Shown here: in pieces, positions 10,179-19,607 of the stretch
How the letters are laid out: each line of letters starts with the position of its first letter
Position numbering within the stretch: the first letter of the stretch is position 1
From: Candidatus Harrisonbacteria bacterium
GTDB taxonomy: Bacteria; Patescibacteriota; Minisyncoccia; UBA6257; 02-FULL-45-10c
Direction: 5' to 3'
Assembly (NCBI GenBank): GCA_016214655.1
Contig: JACROC010000006.1
Span: 21,377 to 85,376 of the forward strand
Length of the DNA: 64,000 bases
Translations under genes and position numbers: made by a program
The notes under the pieces: model-generated
The model's database searches: none
What the model was told of the DNA's origin: nothing
Seen by the model: only the letters and a program-made list of their open reading frames with translations

Positions 10179-11531
10179 ATGAAAACTATATTTTTATTCA
10201 TACCGAATTACGTCTACTCCTCTGATTTTTTATGTACCGGATTTATAAGATGCCTGGTTTCCAGATTCCGGGTCGTTATTTTCGCGCCCGAGGTGATTTT
10301 GGAGAGCAATAAATTGCGGCTTCAATCGCCGAACCTGGTTTGTATAAAGTGGGAAACACAATATCCGCGATTTTGGAATTTATTCGGAAGATATTTGCGG
10401 TATTCTCTTATCAGGAAATATGATTTTGAACCGGTGATTCAGCGGAACCGCAAAAAAGGAATGAAGGATTGGCGGAGAAAAATATTGCGGTTTTTTTCGT
10501 ATGCGTTTCCGGCGGCGTGGCTGACGCCGGATCTTTTTTTTAAATTGGAAATTTTACTGGCCCCCAAATCCAAATTATTTTCAGAATACGCGGAAAAGTA
10601 TCAGCCGGCCATTGTTGTTACTCCTACTCCGGGATTTACTCATTTTGACGCCGAAGCGATTGTGCTGGCGAAAAAATCGCATCTTCCCACCGCTGCCATC
10701 GATTTTAGCTGGGACAACCTGCATAATGGCGGCCCGCATTTTAGAAGAGTCGATTATCTGATTGTTTGGAATAAAATTATTAAAAATACTGCCGTCAGGG
10801 AATACGGATATCCGGAAAACCGCGTTTTTGTTTCAGGAATAATGAGATTTGACCATTACTTTAAAAAACAGCCCGGCGAATTGTCCAGGGAAGAATTTCT
10901 TAAAAGTAAAAATTTAGACCCGAAGGAAAAGTTAATACTTATTACTACGGTCACTAAGGGCAATTATCCCAACGAGCATTTATTATTAAAAGATTTATTG
11001 GAAGCCAGAGAGAAAAATGTTTTTAACGGTTTCCCGAATATTCTGGTCAGAATGCACCCTAAAGAAGAAGTGAAAAATTTTACCGCTTTTCTGGATGCGG
11101 GAATCAGGGGTTTATGCGTTGAAAAAGCCGGTAAAGAAAAAGCAGTGGAATTGGGCAGTAATATTGAAATGGATGAGGAGGACCTGTTAAATCTCAAGCA
11201 TACTTTGGAATATTGCGATCTGAACATCAATTACTTATCCACTATTACCCTAGAAGCTTTTGTTTTTGACAGGCCGGTTATTAATATCAACTATCCGCCG
11301 GAATATCATTTGGGCTATACCTTCAGCCATTATAAGCCGTTGATTGAAATGAAATCTGTCCGGCTGGCATATAGTTTTGAAGAGCTGATTAACGATATCA
11401 ATATTTATTTTAAAAATCCCAATCTGGAACATCGGGAACGGCAGGCGGCTTTTGAGAAATATATCAAGTTTTCCGACGGCCTTAGCTACAAGAGGAGCGT
11501 TGATTTTTTGCATTCCATATTATATAAATAA
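10179..11531 (+). CDS. TagF/TagB-like glycerophosphotransferase-family protein (paralog 2, most divergent)
   Basis: YQPAIVVTPTPGFTHFDAEAIVLAKKSHLPTAAIDFSWDNLHNGG, KLILITTVTKGNYP and STITLEAFVFDRPVININYP align with the paralog motifs. Confidence 0.45.
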   Translation: MKTIFLFIPNYVYSSDFLCTGFIRCLVSRFRVVIFAPEVILESNKLRLQSPNLVCIKWETQYPRFWNLFGRYLRYSLIRKYDFEPVIQRNRKKGMKDWRRKILRFFSYAFPAAWLTPDLFFKLEILLAPKSKLFSEYAEKYQPAIVVTPTPGFTHFDAEAIVLAKKSHLPTAAIDFSWDNLHNGGPHFRRVDYLIVWNKIIKNTAVREYGYPENRVFVSGIMRFDHYFKKQPGELSREEFLKSKNLDPKEKLILITTVTKGNYPNEHLLLKDLLEAREKNVFNGFPNILVRMHPKEEVKNFTAFLDAGIRGLCVEKAGKEKAVELGSNIEMDEEDLLNLKHTLEYCDLNINYLSTITLEAFVFDRPVININYPPEYHLGYTFSHYKPLIEMKSVRLAYSFEELINDINIYFKNPNLEHRERQAAFEKYIKFSDGLSYKRSVDFLHSILYK

Positions 11532-11550
11532 CCAAGTGTTTAAGCGGTTT

Positions 11551-12768
11551 ATGCGGGATAAACAGGTGCAGAATTTGGTTGGGCAAGAATTGAGGCGGCA
11601 GCAGCTTTCGCTTGATTTAATTGCTTCGGAAAATTACGTTTCTCCCCAGATACTGAAGATTTTAGGATCGCCGCTGGTTAATAAATATTCCGAGGGTTAT
11701 CCGGGAAAGCGATATTATCCCGGCAATGAATTTTATGACCTGATTGAAAAATTGGCCCAAGACCGGGCCAGGAAGGTTTTTAATCTGTCTCACCGGAGCT
11801 GGGATGTTAACGTTCAGCCGTATTCCGGTTCGCCTGCAAATCTGGCGGTTTATTTCGCTTTAATGGATCCGGGTGATGTTTTGATGGGTATGAATTTGAT
11901 GTCTGGCGGCCATTTGACCCATGGCCATAAAGTGAATTTTTCCGGCAAAATTTATAAATCGGTCCAATACGGCGTTAATGAACAAACCGGGTTGGTAGAT
12001 TATTCCAAGGCGGCAAATCTAGCCAGAAAATATAAACCAAAGGTTATTGTTTCCGGGTTAACGGCTTATCCCAGAAAAATTAATTTCAAAAAATTCGGCC
12101 AGATTGCCAAATCGGTCGGCGCATATCATTTGGCGGACATTTCACACATTGCCGGCTTGGTAGCGGCTGGTTTGCACCAGTCCCCATTTCATTATAGTGA
12201 CGTAGTAATGACCACAACTCATAAGACTTTGCGCGGTCCAAGGGGCGCGATAATTTTTGCCAGGAAAGAATTATCTGAAAAAATAGATAGGGCGGTTTTT
12301 CCCGGGATTCAGGGCGGCCCGCACAATAACGTAGTTGCCGCCAAAGCAGTGATGTTTTTTGAGGCGCTAAAGCCGGAATTTAAGCGGTATCAGCGGCAAG
12401 TTGTAAAAAACGCCGCTGCTCTGGCTGGTAATTTAAGGGATTTAGGATTTAAATTAGTTACCGGCGGAACGGATAATCATTTGATTCTCGTTGATCTCAG
12501 GGATTCTTTGATTGACGGGTTAACCGCGGAGAAAATACTGGAAAAAAATAATATTACTGCGAATCGCAATGCTATACCGGGTGACTATTCTCCGTTTAAG
12601 CCGTCGGGCATCAGAATCGGCACGCCAGCGGTCACCACTCGTAGGATGGGCGAGTCGGAAATGTCTGAAATTGCCGGATTCATTTATCTGGCTTTAATTA
12701 AAAAACGAGATGTTAAAAAGGAAGTTGAAAAATTATGCAGAAGGTTTCCCTTGGAATATGGATATTAA
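11551..12768 (+). CDS. glyA: serine hydroxymethyltransferase
   Basis: LDLIASENYVSPQILKILGSPLVNKYSEGYPGKRYYPG... and the PLP-lysine region VVMTTTHKTLRGPRGAIIF. ATG at 11551 (the listed start at 11452 is upstream of the previous gene's stop). Confidence 0.9.
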   Translation: MRDKQVQNLVGQELRRQQLSLDLIASENYVSPQILKILGSPLVNKYSEGYPGKRYYPGNEFYDLIEKLAQDRARKVFNLSHRSWDVNVQPYSGSPANLAVYFALMDPGDVLMGMNLMSGGHLTHGHKVNFSGKIYKSVQYGVNEQTGLVDYSKAANLARKYKPKVIVSGLTAYPRKINFKKFGQIAKSVGAYHLADISHIAGLVAAGLHQSPFHYSDVVMTTTHKTLRGPRGAIIFARKELSEKIDRAVFPGIQGGPHNNVVAAKAVMFFEALKPEFKRYQRQVVKNAAALAGNLRDLGFKLVTGGTDNHLILVDLRDSLIDGLTAEKILEKNNITANRNAIPGDYSPFKPSGIRIGTPAVTTRRMGESEMSEIAGFIYLALIKKRDVKKEVEKLCRRFPLEYGY

Positions 12769-13654
12769 AAATTTTATTGTAAATTATCATTATGTTGAGG
12801 ATCCCCGGCCGGATTTTTCCGGCATTTGGCCGTGCTCTATTAGCGAATTTGAGCGTCAAATAAAATTCTTATCCGGTAATTTTTCTATAGTGTCGGCTGT
12901 TGACGTTTATAGGGCATCCCAGGAGAATAGCGGGGGTAATTATTGCGCCATTACTTTTGATGACGGCTTGAGGGATCAATATCAGAATGCGGTCCCGATT
13001 TTGAAAAAATATAACGCGACCGCGACTTTTTTTATTATTACTGATACCCTTAATGGATTTTTGCCACCCGCCCACCAGATCCACTTTTTGCTTTCCAAAG
13101 TTCCGGCAGAAAAATTAATTGATTTATTCAACGATTTTCAGAACCAATATCAGATACCCAAAGATCGGAGAGTTAATCCTAAAAAAAGACTTTTTGAGGA
13201 TATTTTGATTGCCAATTTTAAAGAAACTATGATGTCGGCGCCCCAAGACCTGACAGAACCGTTTTTGGGACATTGTTTTGAAAATCTTTCTTTGGATCCG
13301 GAAAAGTTCGGGCGGGGAACCTTTATGGATGAGCCGGAAATTCTCAGTTTAAGAAACACCGGTTTTTCCATCGGCAGCCACGCCCATAAACATTATTTGG
13401 AAGAAAGCATTAATCAAAAATATTTTCCTAGCGAGGTACGGGATTCTAAAAAAATTCTCGGGAGACTCCTCGGAGAAGATCCGACGATTTTCTCTTATCC
13501 CCATGGCCGGCACAATAATGAGGTTATCGCCCTTTTAAAAGAAGAAGGATTTAAACACGCTTTTATCACGGATCCGCGTCCCCCGAGGGCTGGAGACAAT
13601 CCGTATCTTATACCGAGACTGGATACCAACGATATTAAAAAATTAATTTATTAA
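12758..13654 (+). CDS. polysaccharide deacetylase (NodB-homology, CE4)
   Basis: NodB motif 1 AITFDDGLRDQ and His motif IGSHAHKH. ATG at 12758 overlaps the glyA stop. Confidence 0.7.
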   Translation: MDIKNFIVNYHYVEDPRPDFSGIWPCSISEFERQIKFLSGNFSIVSAVDVYRASQENSGGNYCAITFDDGLRDQYQNAVPILKKYNATATFFIITDTLNGFLPPAHQIHFLLSKVPAEKLIDLFNDFQNQYQIPKDRRVNPKKRLFEDILIANFKETMMSAPQDLTEPFLGHCFENLSLDPEKFGRGTFMDEPEILSLRNTGFSIGSHAHKHYLEESINQKYFPSEVRDSKKILGRLLGEDPTIFSYPHGRHNNEVIALLKEEGFKHAFITDPRPPRAGDNPYLIPRLDTNDIKKLIY

Positions 13655-13656
13655 TT

Positions 13657-14454
13657 ATGGTTTCAGCAGTTTTAATAACCAGCAATGCTTTACGGCATCA
13701 TTTTGTCGCCAATTATCTTTCTGACCATTTGAATTTGGCGGGCGTGGTATCTGAAGCCAAGCTTGCTTCTCCTCAGGGCGCCACCGTGGCGGAGGATGAA
13801 ATCATAAAAACGCATTTGCAGGAATTGAAAGAAACAGAGAAAGAATTTTTCGGTGGATATGAAAATTTTAAAATTCCAAAAAGCAGCGTATTAGAAATCG
13901 CGCGCGGCACTTCTAATGACCCCGCGGTTTTTGAGTGGGTTAAAAATAAAAATCCGGAATACCTGATTTTATTCGGATCCTCAATAATCAAAGACCCCCT
14001 TTTGAGTTATTTTAAGGATAAGGTGATTAATATGCATTTGGGTTTGTCCCCGTATTATCGCGGCTCTGGAACTAATTTTTGGCCCCTGGTATTTCGCGAA
14101 CCGGAGTGTGTCGGCGCAACTATTCATTTGGCGACGCTTGAGGTTGATGCCGGCGCAATCTTGGGTCAAGTGAGGCCGGACTTTGTTCCTGGTGATAATT
14201 GCCACACTTTGGGTTTTAAAACCGTTATTGCCGGAACGCAGTTACTGGTAAAGATCATTGGGGCGTATAATAAAGGAAATCTGGCGGGGCATAGACAAAA
14301 TCTGTCTATTGGCAAAGTATTTAAGAAAAAGAATTTTAATGCCGAAGCAGTGTTAGCTATGAGGAAAAATTTTGAAACCGGAATGATTGAAGAATATTTA
14401 AATGATCAGGCAGATCGCAATCAACAATATCCAATAATTTCCCCATTTTTATAA
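13657..14454 (+). CDS. formyltransferase-domain protein, sugar N-formyltransferase-like
   Basis: Formyl_trans_N catalytic signature NMHLGLSPYYRG (compare N-x-H-x-S-LLP-x-x-RG) and GATIHLATLEVDAGAILGQ (catalytic Asp). 265 aa with no tRNA-binding C-terminal domain, so not Fmt. Confidence 0.6.
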   Translation: MVSAVLITSNALRHHFVANYLSDHLNLAGVVSEAKLASPQGATVAEDEIIKTHLQELKETEKEFFGGYENFKIPKSSVLEIARGTSNDPAVFEWVKNKNPEYLILFGSSIIKDPLLSYFKDKVINMHLGLSPYYRGSGTNFWPLVFREPECVGATIHLATLEVDAGAILGQVRPDFVPGDNCHTLGFKTVIAGTQLLVKIIGAYNKGNLAGHRQNLSIGKVFKKKNFNAEAVLAMRKNFETGMIEEYLNDQADRNQQYPIISPFL

Positions 14455-14487
14455 AAAATAAATTAGAAATTAATTTTTAGATAACCC

Positions 14488-15855
14488 ATGCACCCACAAC
14501 CAGCAAAAACTATTTTTCTTACTAGCTTCCACGTGCTTATTTCCAGAAATATCCTCTCGACACCAATTTTAAAGATGTTGACTGATAAAGGCGTACAAAT
14601 AGTTATCTTGGTACCAGATTACAAGAAAGAATTTTTTGAAAAGAACTTTTCCGGACCAAACATTATCATTGAGGGGATAGAGGCATATGGGTTCTCAAAG
14701 AGTTTTATTGGCTTATTCTTTAAACGCTTGTCGCGTGTTATTCTTGATACGGATACAGTAAGGATTAGAATGAAGTATAAGCTCGTTGTAGAGAGAAAAT
14801 TTATATATTATTTTTTATTTTTTGTGCCGGCGAAGATTTTAGGGAAATCCAAAACTGTAATTAGCCTGATAAGATTTTTAGATTATAAACTGCGCTCGAA
14901 GCCGGGATATTTCCTGGATTTATTTAATAGATATCATCCTGATCTTATAGTCGCCACTGATGTGAATAATGAGAATGATGTTGCATTACTTCAGGATGCA
15001 AAGGCCAAAAAAATGCCGACAGCTGCTATTGTGCGGTCGTGGGATAATTTAACAAATTTTCTAATGAGAAGCACACCCGATTGGTTGGTTGTTGCAAATG
15101 AGATTATGAAATCACAAGTAATTACATATCATGGCCTCAGGGCGGAGAATGTTTTGGTAACCGGGATGCCGCATTATGACCGCTATATCCGCGGTGCTAC
15201 GATGAGTCGTAAAGAATTTTTTGATTCCATTGACGCAGATCAAAGGAAGAAATTAATTTTATATGTGCCAGTTGCGGATTATCGGGTGAAAGAAAATGAT
15301 ATTGATTCGTATATTATACGCTTACTTTCAAGTCTAGATGTAAATACTCTTGTCCGTTTTCCCCCCGCAGCTACGGTGGCAGTGGATAAAACTCAATTTC
15401 CGGAGAATGTGATCTTTGACGAGCCGGGAGTTCGATTCGGCGGCAAGGGAGATAGCGAGATGACGAAAGAGGATGACGATGGGTTGATTAATATTCTTTC
15501 TTATTCTGACGTGGTTGTATCCGGTCCGGGCACGATGAATATTGATGCGGCGATTTTTGATAAACCAATTGTGCTTGTGAATTTATATCCCACCCAGCGT
15601 ATTCAATTGGAGGGTATCAAAGAATACGGATATACACATATCCAAAATATATTAAAAACCGGCGGAATTCGTATGGCGACGAATAAAGAAGAACTTTTTG
15701 ATTTTATCAATCTGTATTTTAAAAATCCGAGTTTGGATGCTGATGGCAGGCGGAGAATTACCAGAGAACAGTGTTACAAATTAGATGGCAGAAGTAGCGA
15801 ACGCGTTACTAACCATATTTTAAGATTTTTGTCTGAAAATGAAATCATTGCTTAA
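14488..15855 (+). CDS. TagF/TagB-like glycerophosphotransferase-family protein (paralog 3)
   Basis: YHPDLIVATDVNNENDVALLQDAKAKKMPTAAIVRSWDNLTNF, KLILYVPVADYR, SGPGTMNIDAAIFDKPIVLVNLY and the C-terminal REQCYKLDGRSSERV shared with paralogs. Confidence 0.5.
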   Translation: MHPQPAKTIFLTSFHVLISRNILSTPILKMLTDKGVQIVILVPDYKKEFFEKNFSGPNIIIEGIEAYGFSKSFIGLFFKRLSRVILDTDTVRIRMKYKLVVERKFIYYFLFFVPAKILGKSKTVISLIRFLDYKLRSKPGYFLDLFNRYHPDLIVATDVNNENDVALLQDAKAKKMPTAAIVRSWDNLTNFLMRSTPDWLVVANEIMKSQVITYHGLRAENVLVTGMPHYDRYIRGATMSRKEFFDSIDADQRKKLILYVPVADYRVKENDIDSYIIRLLSSLDVNTLVRFPPAATVAVDKTQFPENVIFDEPGVRFGGKGDSEMTKEDDDGLINILSYSDVVVSGPGTMNIDAAIFDKPIVLVNLYPTQRIQLEGIKEYGYTHIQNILKTGGIRMATNKEELFDFINLYFKNPSLDADGRRRITREQCYKLDGRSSERVTNHILRFLSENEIIA

Positions 15856-16699
15856 TAAAATTAAAAATTTCTTACGTTGTCCCCTAGATTATTCTGCGCA
15901 ATTCGAATTAAGTGGGGGCGTATTTATTTGTCGAGGGTGTAAGAAGGAATATGGTATCCGTGATGGAAAGGTAATTTTTGATCATCCACCCAGCGATGTA
16001 CTTGTTTGTACTAAAAGAAATCCGATTGATAAAACAAAATGGAGTGAGTGGCGGGCTGCCAACTTCGAATATTTAAAAAGTTTTCTTTTAGAGGAGGAAA
16101 AAAATAAAATCTTAATTGATATTGGCGCGGGTACTGCTTCTTTCCGCGAATTGACTGGATCATTCAAAACTACAATTGGTATTGATTTTTATCCACATGA
16201 GATGGTTGATGTGGTGGCAGATGTTACTAAGCCATTACCAATTAGAGATGAGAGTTGTGACATAGTTTTTTTGTCCAATGTTTTAGAGCATATTCCTGAG
16301 CCACAGCCGTTGCTCGATGAGTGTTATCGTATTTTAAAGCCGAGAGGATATATTATTGGCGCAGTTCCCTTTCTGATGCAAATTCATCAAGAACCTTATG
16401 ATTTCAATCGTTATACTGATTTTATGCTTGAGCGAATGTTGGCTCATAGTGGATTTGAGCGTACGCGGGTCACATCATTAGGAACGCCGTTAGATGTATA
16501 TCGCACGATGCAGAGAGAATATTTCCACATTTTATTAAATAAGCAATTGTCGGTGAATATTTTCAAAAATTCTGTCTTACAATTCGCAATTCGCTTTACC
16601 AGAAAAATTACTTATCTCTTTACTCGCATCTATAAGTTGTTCCCCCTCCTCTCATCTAATAGATATACGGAAGGATATGGTTTTATTGGATATAAATAA
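15839..16699 (+). CDS. class I SAM-dependent methyltransferase with N-terminal Cys4 zinc-ribbon
   Basis: CPLD...CRGCKKEY zinc-ribbon. MTase motif I ILIDIGAGTASF and post-I/II motifs DIVFLSNVLEHIPE...YRILKPRGYIIG. Confidence 0.65.
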   Translation: MKSLLNKIKNFLRCPLDYSAQFELSGGVFICRGCKKEYGIRDGKVIFDHPPSDVLVCTKRNPIDKTKWSEWRAANFEYLKSFLLEEEKNKILIDIGAGTASFRELTGSFKTTIGIDFYPHEMVDVVADVTKPLPIRDESCDIVFLSNVLEHIPEPQPLLDECYRILKPRGYIIGAVPFLMQIHQEPYDFNRYTDFMLERMLAHSGFERTRVTSLGTPLDVYRTMQREYFHILLNKQLSVNIFKNSVLQFAIRFTRKITYLFTRIYKLFPLLSSNRYTEGYGFIGYK

Positions 16700-16773
16700 C
16701 TATTGACGAGCTATTACTTTTTTAGTAAGCTTTTTTTAGCTACATTGACTTCTATATAGAGGAGGAACGGAAG

Positions 16774-17715
16774 ATGCAAAGAGTAAAGATCGCGGGTTTA
16801 GAGGTTGGAGATGGCGCCCCCGTTTTTATGATTGCCGAGATTGGAATTAACCATAATGGCAGTTTAGATGTTGTTAAAAAATTAATTGATGCCGCTGCTG
16901 AAGCGGGGTGTCAAGCGGTAAAGTTCCAAAAGCGCACAATTCCAGTTATTTATTCTGAAGCCGAGCTCCAGAAGCCTCGTGAAGTGCCCGCTGATGTGAT
17001 CGTGCGAGCTCTGAAGAGGGGGGTTCTTTCTAAAGAGGCAGTTGTTCGCCTTGTCGACTCGGATCTTCGGCAGACAACAAATGGCGATTTGAAGCTGGCG
17101 TTGGAGTTGACGGCATCAGAGTATGCCGAAATTGATGTATATTGTAAAACAAAAAACATGCTTTGGTTCGCTTCTCCTTGGGATGAGGATAGCGTTGATT
17201 TTTTGGATCAATTTAATCCCTGTTGTTATAAAGTGGCATCTGCGTCATTAACTGATGACGGATTATTGGAGTATATTCGTTCTAGGGGGTGTCCCGTGAT
17301 TCTTTCAACTGGTATGAGTACTCTTGAGCAGATTGATCATGCGATTGATGTCCTTGGAGAGGATGATCTGGTATTACTGCATTGCGTTTCTACTTATCCA
17401 GCAGAGTACAAAGAACTTAATCTCCGCGTAATTCCGGTTTTAAAAGCAAGATATGATATTCCGGTAGGATATAGCGGTCATGAGCGAGGTATCCATTCGT
17501 CAGCTCATGCAGTTGCGTTAGGCGCTTGTGCAGTCGAAAGACATGTGACCCTTGATCGTATAATGTGGGGTAGTGATCAGGCTGCTAGTATTGAGCCGAA
17601 AGGATTGGAGTCATTAGTAAAAGAGATTCGTCATTTAGAGGAGGCATTGGGAGATGGAGAGAAGCGATTACTTGATTCAGAAGTTCCTATTATGAAGAAA
17701 CTGCGACGGAAATAA
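16774..17715 (+). CDS. neuB: NeuB-family nonulosonic acid (sialic-acid-type) synthase, no SAF domain
   Basis: APVFMIAEIGINHNGSLDVVKKLIDAAAEAGCQAVKFQKRT... is the NeuB/PseI/SpsE TIM-barrel signature. 313 aa, ends before any SAF domain. Carries a ~45-aa insert after KFQKRT. RBS gaggagg upstream. Confidence 0.75.
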   Translation: MQRVKIAGLEVGDGAPVFMIAEIGINHNGSLDVVKKLIDAAAEAGCQAVKFQKRTIPVIYSEAELQKPREVPADVIVRALKRGVLSKEAVVRLVDSDLRQTTNGDLKLALELTASEYAEIDVYCKTKNMLWFASPWDEDSVDFLDQFNPCCYKVASASLTDDGLLEYIRSRGCPVILSTGMSTLEQIDHAIDVLGEDDLVLLHCVSTYPAEYKELNLRVIPVLKARYDIPVGYSGHERGIHSSAHAVALGACAVERHVTLDRIMWGSDQAASIEPKGLESLVKEIRHLEEALGDGEKRLLDSEVPIMKKLRRK

Positions 17716-17726
17716 AGATGTACACC

Positions 17727-17753
17727 GCCGGATTATCTGATCCGGCTTTTTTA
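17727..17753 (+). terminator. rho-independent terminator after the NeuB-like gene
   Basis: gccggat-tatctg-atccggc hairpin followed by ttttttattt. Confidence 0.55.
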
Positions 17754-17754
17754 T

Positions 17755-17783
17755 TTGCTAAATATCAATTTTTGTGTTAGATT
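17755..17783 (+). promoter_or_regulatory. candidate sigma70-type promoter for the SDR/oxidoreductase genes
   Basis: TTGCTA - 17 nt - (TGt)TAGATT, about 35 nt upstream of the ATG at 17819 with RBS ggaggg. By-eye match only. Confidence 0.25.
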
Positions 17784-17818
17784 GCTTCTAGTTTCCTTGA
17801 GAAGTCAATGGAGGGAAG

Positions 17819-18556
17819 ATGCAAAATCTCTTTTCTTTAAATGGGAAAGTGATAATTCTTACTGGCGGCAGCGGGTTTTTGGGATCATATTATATGCGAG
17901 CTTTGCGTGATGCGGGCGCTATCGTTATCGATTGGGATTTGAAATCTGGCATTGATATTACCGATGATCAATCAGTCGCGGCAGCAATTGAGAATGTTTT
18001 GGAGAAATATGGAAGAGTTGATGGATTGGTCAATAATGCGGCGCTGGATGCAAAACCACATTCTGATCCAGCGAGTAATTGGAAGCCGTATGAAGAATTT
18101 CCAATGGATCTTTGGGAGAGAGAATTGGCGGTAAATCTGACGGGTGCAATGAGGGTGACTAAGGTGGTTGTCCCGTACATGATGCGTCAGCGTTTCGGCT
18201 CTATTATTTTTGTAGCTTCTGATTTGGCTTTAATTGCGCCAAATAATTCTATCTACGATGCGGGTCGCTTTAAGGATATTGCTTATATCACTTCAAAGGC
18301 TGGTCTTCTTGGCCTGATGCGAGCATGGGCTTCGCGACTCGGGTCATACAATGTCCGAGTAAATGCGTTCGTCCCCGGCGGAGTTTTTAACGGCCATTCG
18401 GAAGAATTTGTAAAAAAGAATGGGGCGCTTAACATGTTGGGGCGTATGGCTGAGCCAAACGAGTACAGTGGCGCAATTATCTTTTTACTTTCCGATGCCT
18501 CAACATTTATGACTGGTTCATGTATGGTGATGGATGGAGGGAGGACTGCATGGTAA
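17819..18556 (+). CDS. short-chain dehydrogenase/reductase (SDR)
   Basis: TGGSGFLGSYY (TGxxxGxG) and YITSKAGLLGL (YxxxK). Confidence 0.75.
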   Translation: MQNLFSLNGKVIILTGGSGFLGSYYMRALRDAGAIVIDWDLKSGIDITDDQSVAAAIENVLEKYGRVDGLVNNAALDAKPHSDPASNWKPYEEFPMDLWERELAVNLTGAMRVTKVVVPYMMRQRFGSIIFVASDLALIAPNNSIYDAGRFKDIAYITSKAGLLGLMRAWASRLGSYNVRVNAFVPGGVFNGHSEEFVKKNGALNMLGRMAEPNEYSGAIIFLLSDASTFMTGSCMVMDGGRTAW

Positions 18557-18561
18557 ATAAA

Positions 18562-19551
18562 ATGAAGTTCCTTTTGTGCGGAATAGGGTCAATGGGGCAG
18601 AGGCATTTTCGGAATTTGAATGGATTGAGGCAGGAAATTGCACTTTTTCGGTCAAAACAAACAACCACTCCTTTTATTGAAAAGTTTTTTGAGGAGCAAA
18701 GAAAGAAAGGATTATTAATCCCTCTTTTTTATGACCTAGAGCTAGCATTGACAAGTTTTCGGCCGGATGCAGTTGTGGTTGCAAATCCTAATTCTCTGCA
18801 TATGCCCATTTCGTTGGCTGGCGCAAGAGCTGGTTGCCATCTTTTTATTGAAAAGCCAGTTTCCCATACGATGGATCAGATGGACGAATTGACAGAATTA
18901 CTCAAGAAGAAGAATTTAATTGCAATGGTCGGCTATAATCTTCGGTTTCATCCGCTTTTACAATTGATGAAAAGGATGTACGAATCCGGAGAAATCGGGC
19001 GCGCTGTATCTGTCCATGTTGAAGTTGGAGAAAATATTGAGGATTGGCATCCGTGGGAAGATTATAGAGACGCATACGCATGCTGGAAAAGCGGCGGTGG
19101 CGGAGTAACGTTATGTTTTAGCCACGACATAGATTATCTTTATTGGTTTTTTGGAATGCCAGAACGCGTGCAGGCTATTGGGGGTAAAAAGGCTCCGCTT
19201 GGCGGAGATGCCGAGGATACTATAAAGGCACTTATGGAATTTCGCGGCGGGCTAATTGCCTCGCTCCACATGGATTATTGGCAGAGACCAAAAAAGCGGA
19301 CATTTGAAATTATAGGAACACTTGGAAGGATGATGTGGGATTGCGGCGCAGGGACATTGGTGCTGGAAAAAAGAGATCTAATCAAAAAAACTTTTGACGT
19401 CCCAAAGAATTTCGATAGGAATGATATGTTTATTTCTGAGATGAAAAATTTTATTTTATCCGCAGAAAATAAAGAAAATCTACTTATTCCATTTGAAGAA
19501 GGGGTTGATGTTCTTAGGATTTGTATTGACATTAAGAAAAAAATTTATTAA
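18562..19551 (+). CDS. Gfo/Idh/MocA-family NAD(P)-dependent oxidoreductase
   Basis: MKFLLCGIGSMGQRHFRNL Rossmann N-terminus and the family-typical EKP motif (LFIEKPVSHT). ATG at 18562 just after the SDR stop. Confidence 0.7.
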   Translation: MKFLLCGIGSMGQRHFRNLNGLRQEIALFRSKQTTTPFIEKFFEEQRKKGLLIPLFYDLELALTSFRPDAVVVANPNSLHMPISLAGARAGCHLFIEKPVSHTMDQMDELTELLKKKNLIAMVGYNLRFHPLLQLMKRMYESGEIGRAVSVHVEVGENIEDWHPWEDYRDAYACWKSGGGGVTLCFSHDIDYLYWFFGMPERVQAIGGKKAPLGGDAEDTIKALMEFRGGLIASLHMDYWQRPKKRTFEIIGTLGRMMWDCGAGTLVLEKRDLIKKTFDVPKNFDRNDMFISEMKNFILSAENKENLLIPFEEGVDVLRICIDIKKKIY

Positions 19552-19560
19552 ATATATATT

Positions 19561-19590
19561 TCCGTGTTACGTAGACACGGATTTTTTTTT
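19561..19590 (+). terminator. rho-independent terminator
   Basis: tccgtgt-tacgtag-acacgga perfect 7-bp stem followed by T9. Confidence 0.6.
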
Positions 19591-19607
19591 GAATTATCAT
19601 TAAAAAA

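Noticed and set aside
11551-12768. glyA as a pseudo or duplicated copy recruited solely for glycan synthesis
   Set aside because: The protein is full length with all SHMT motifs intact. With only this window there is no way to know whether another copy exists. Treated as a bona fide glyA whose location is noteworthy.
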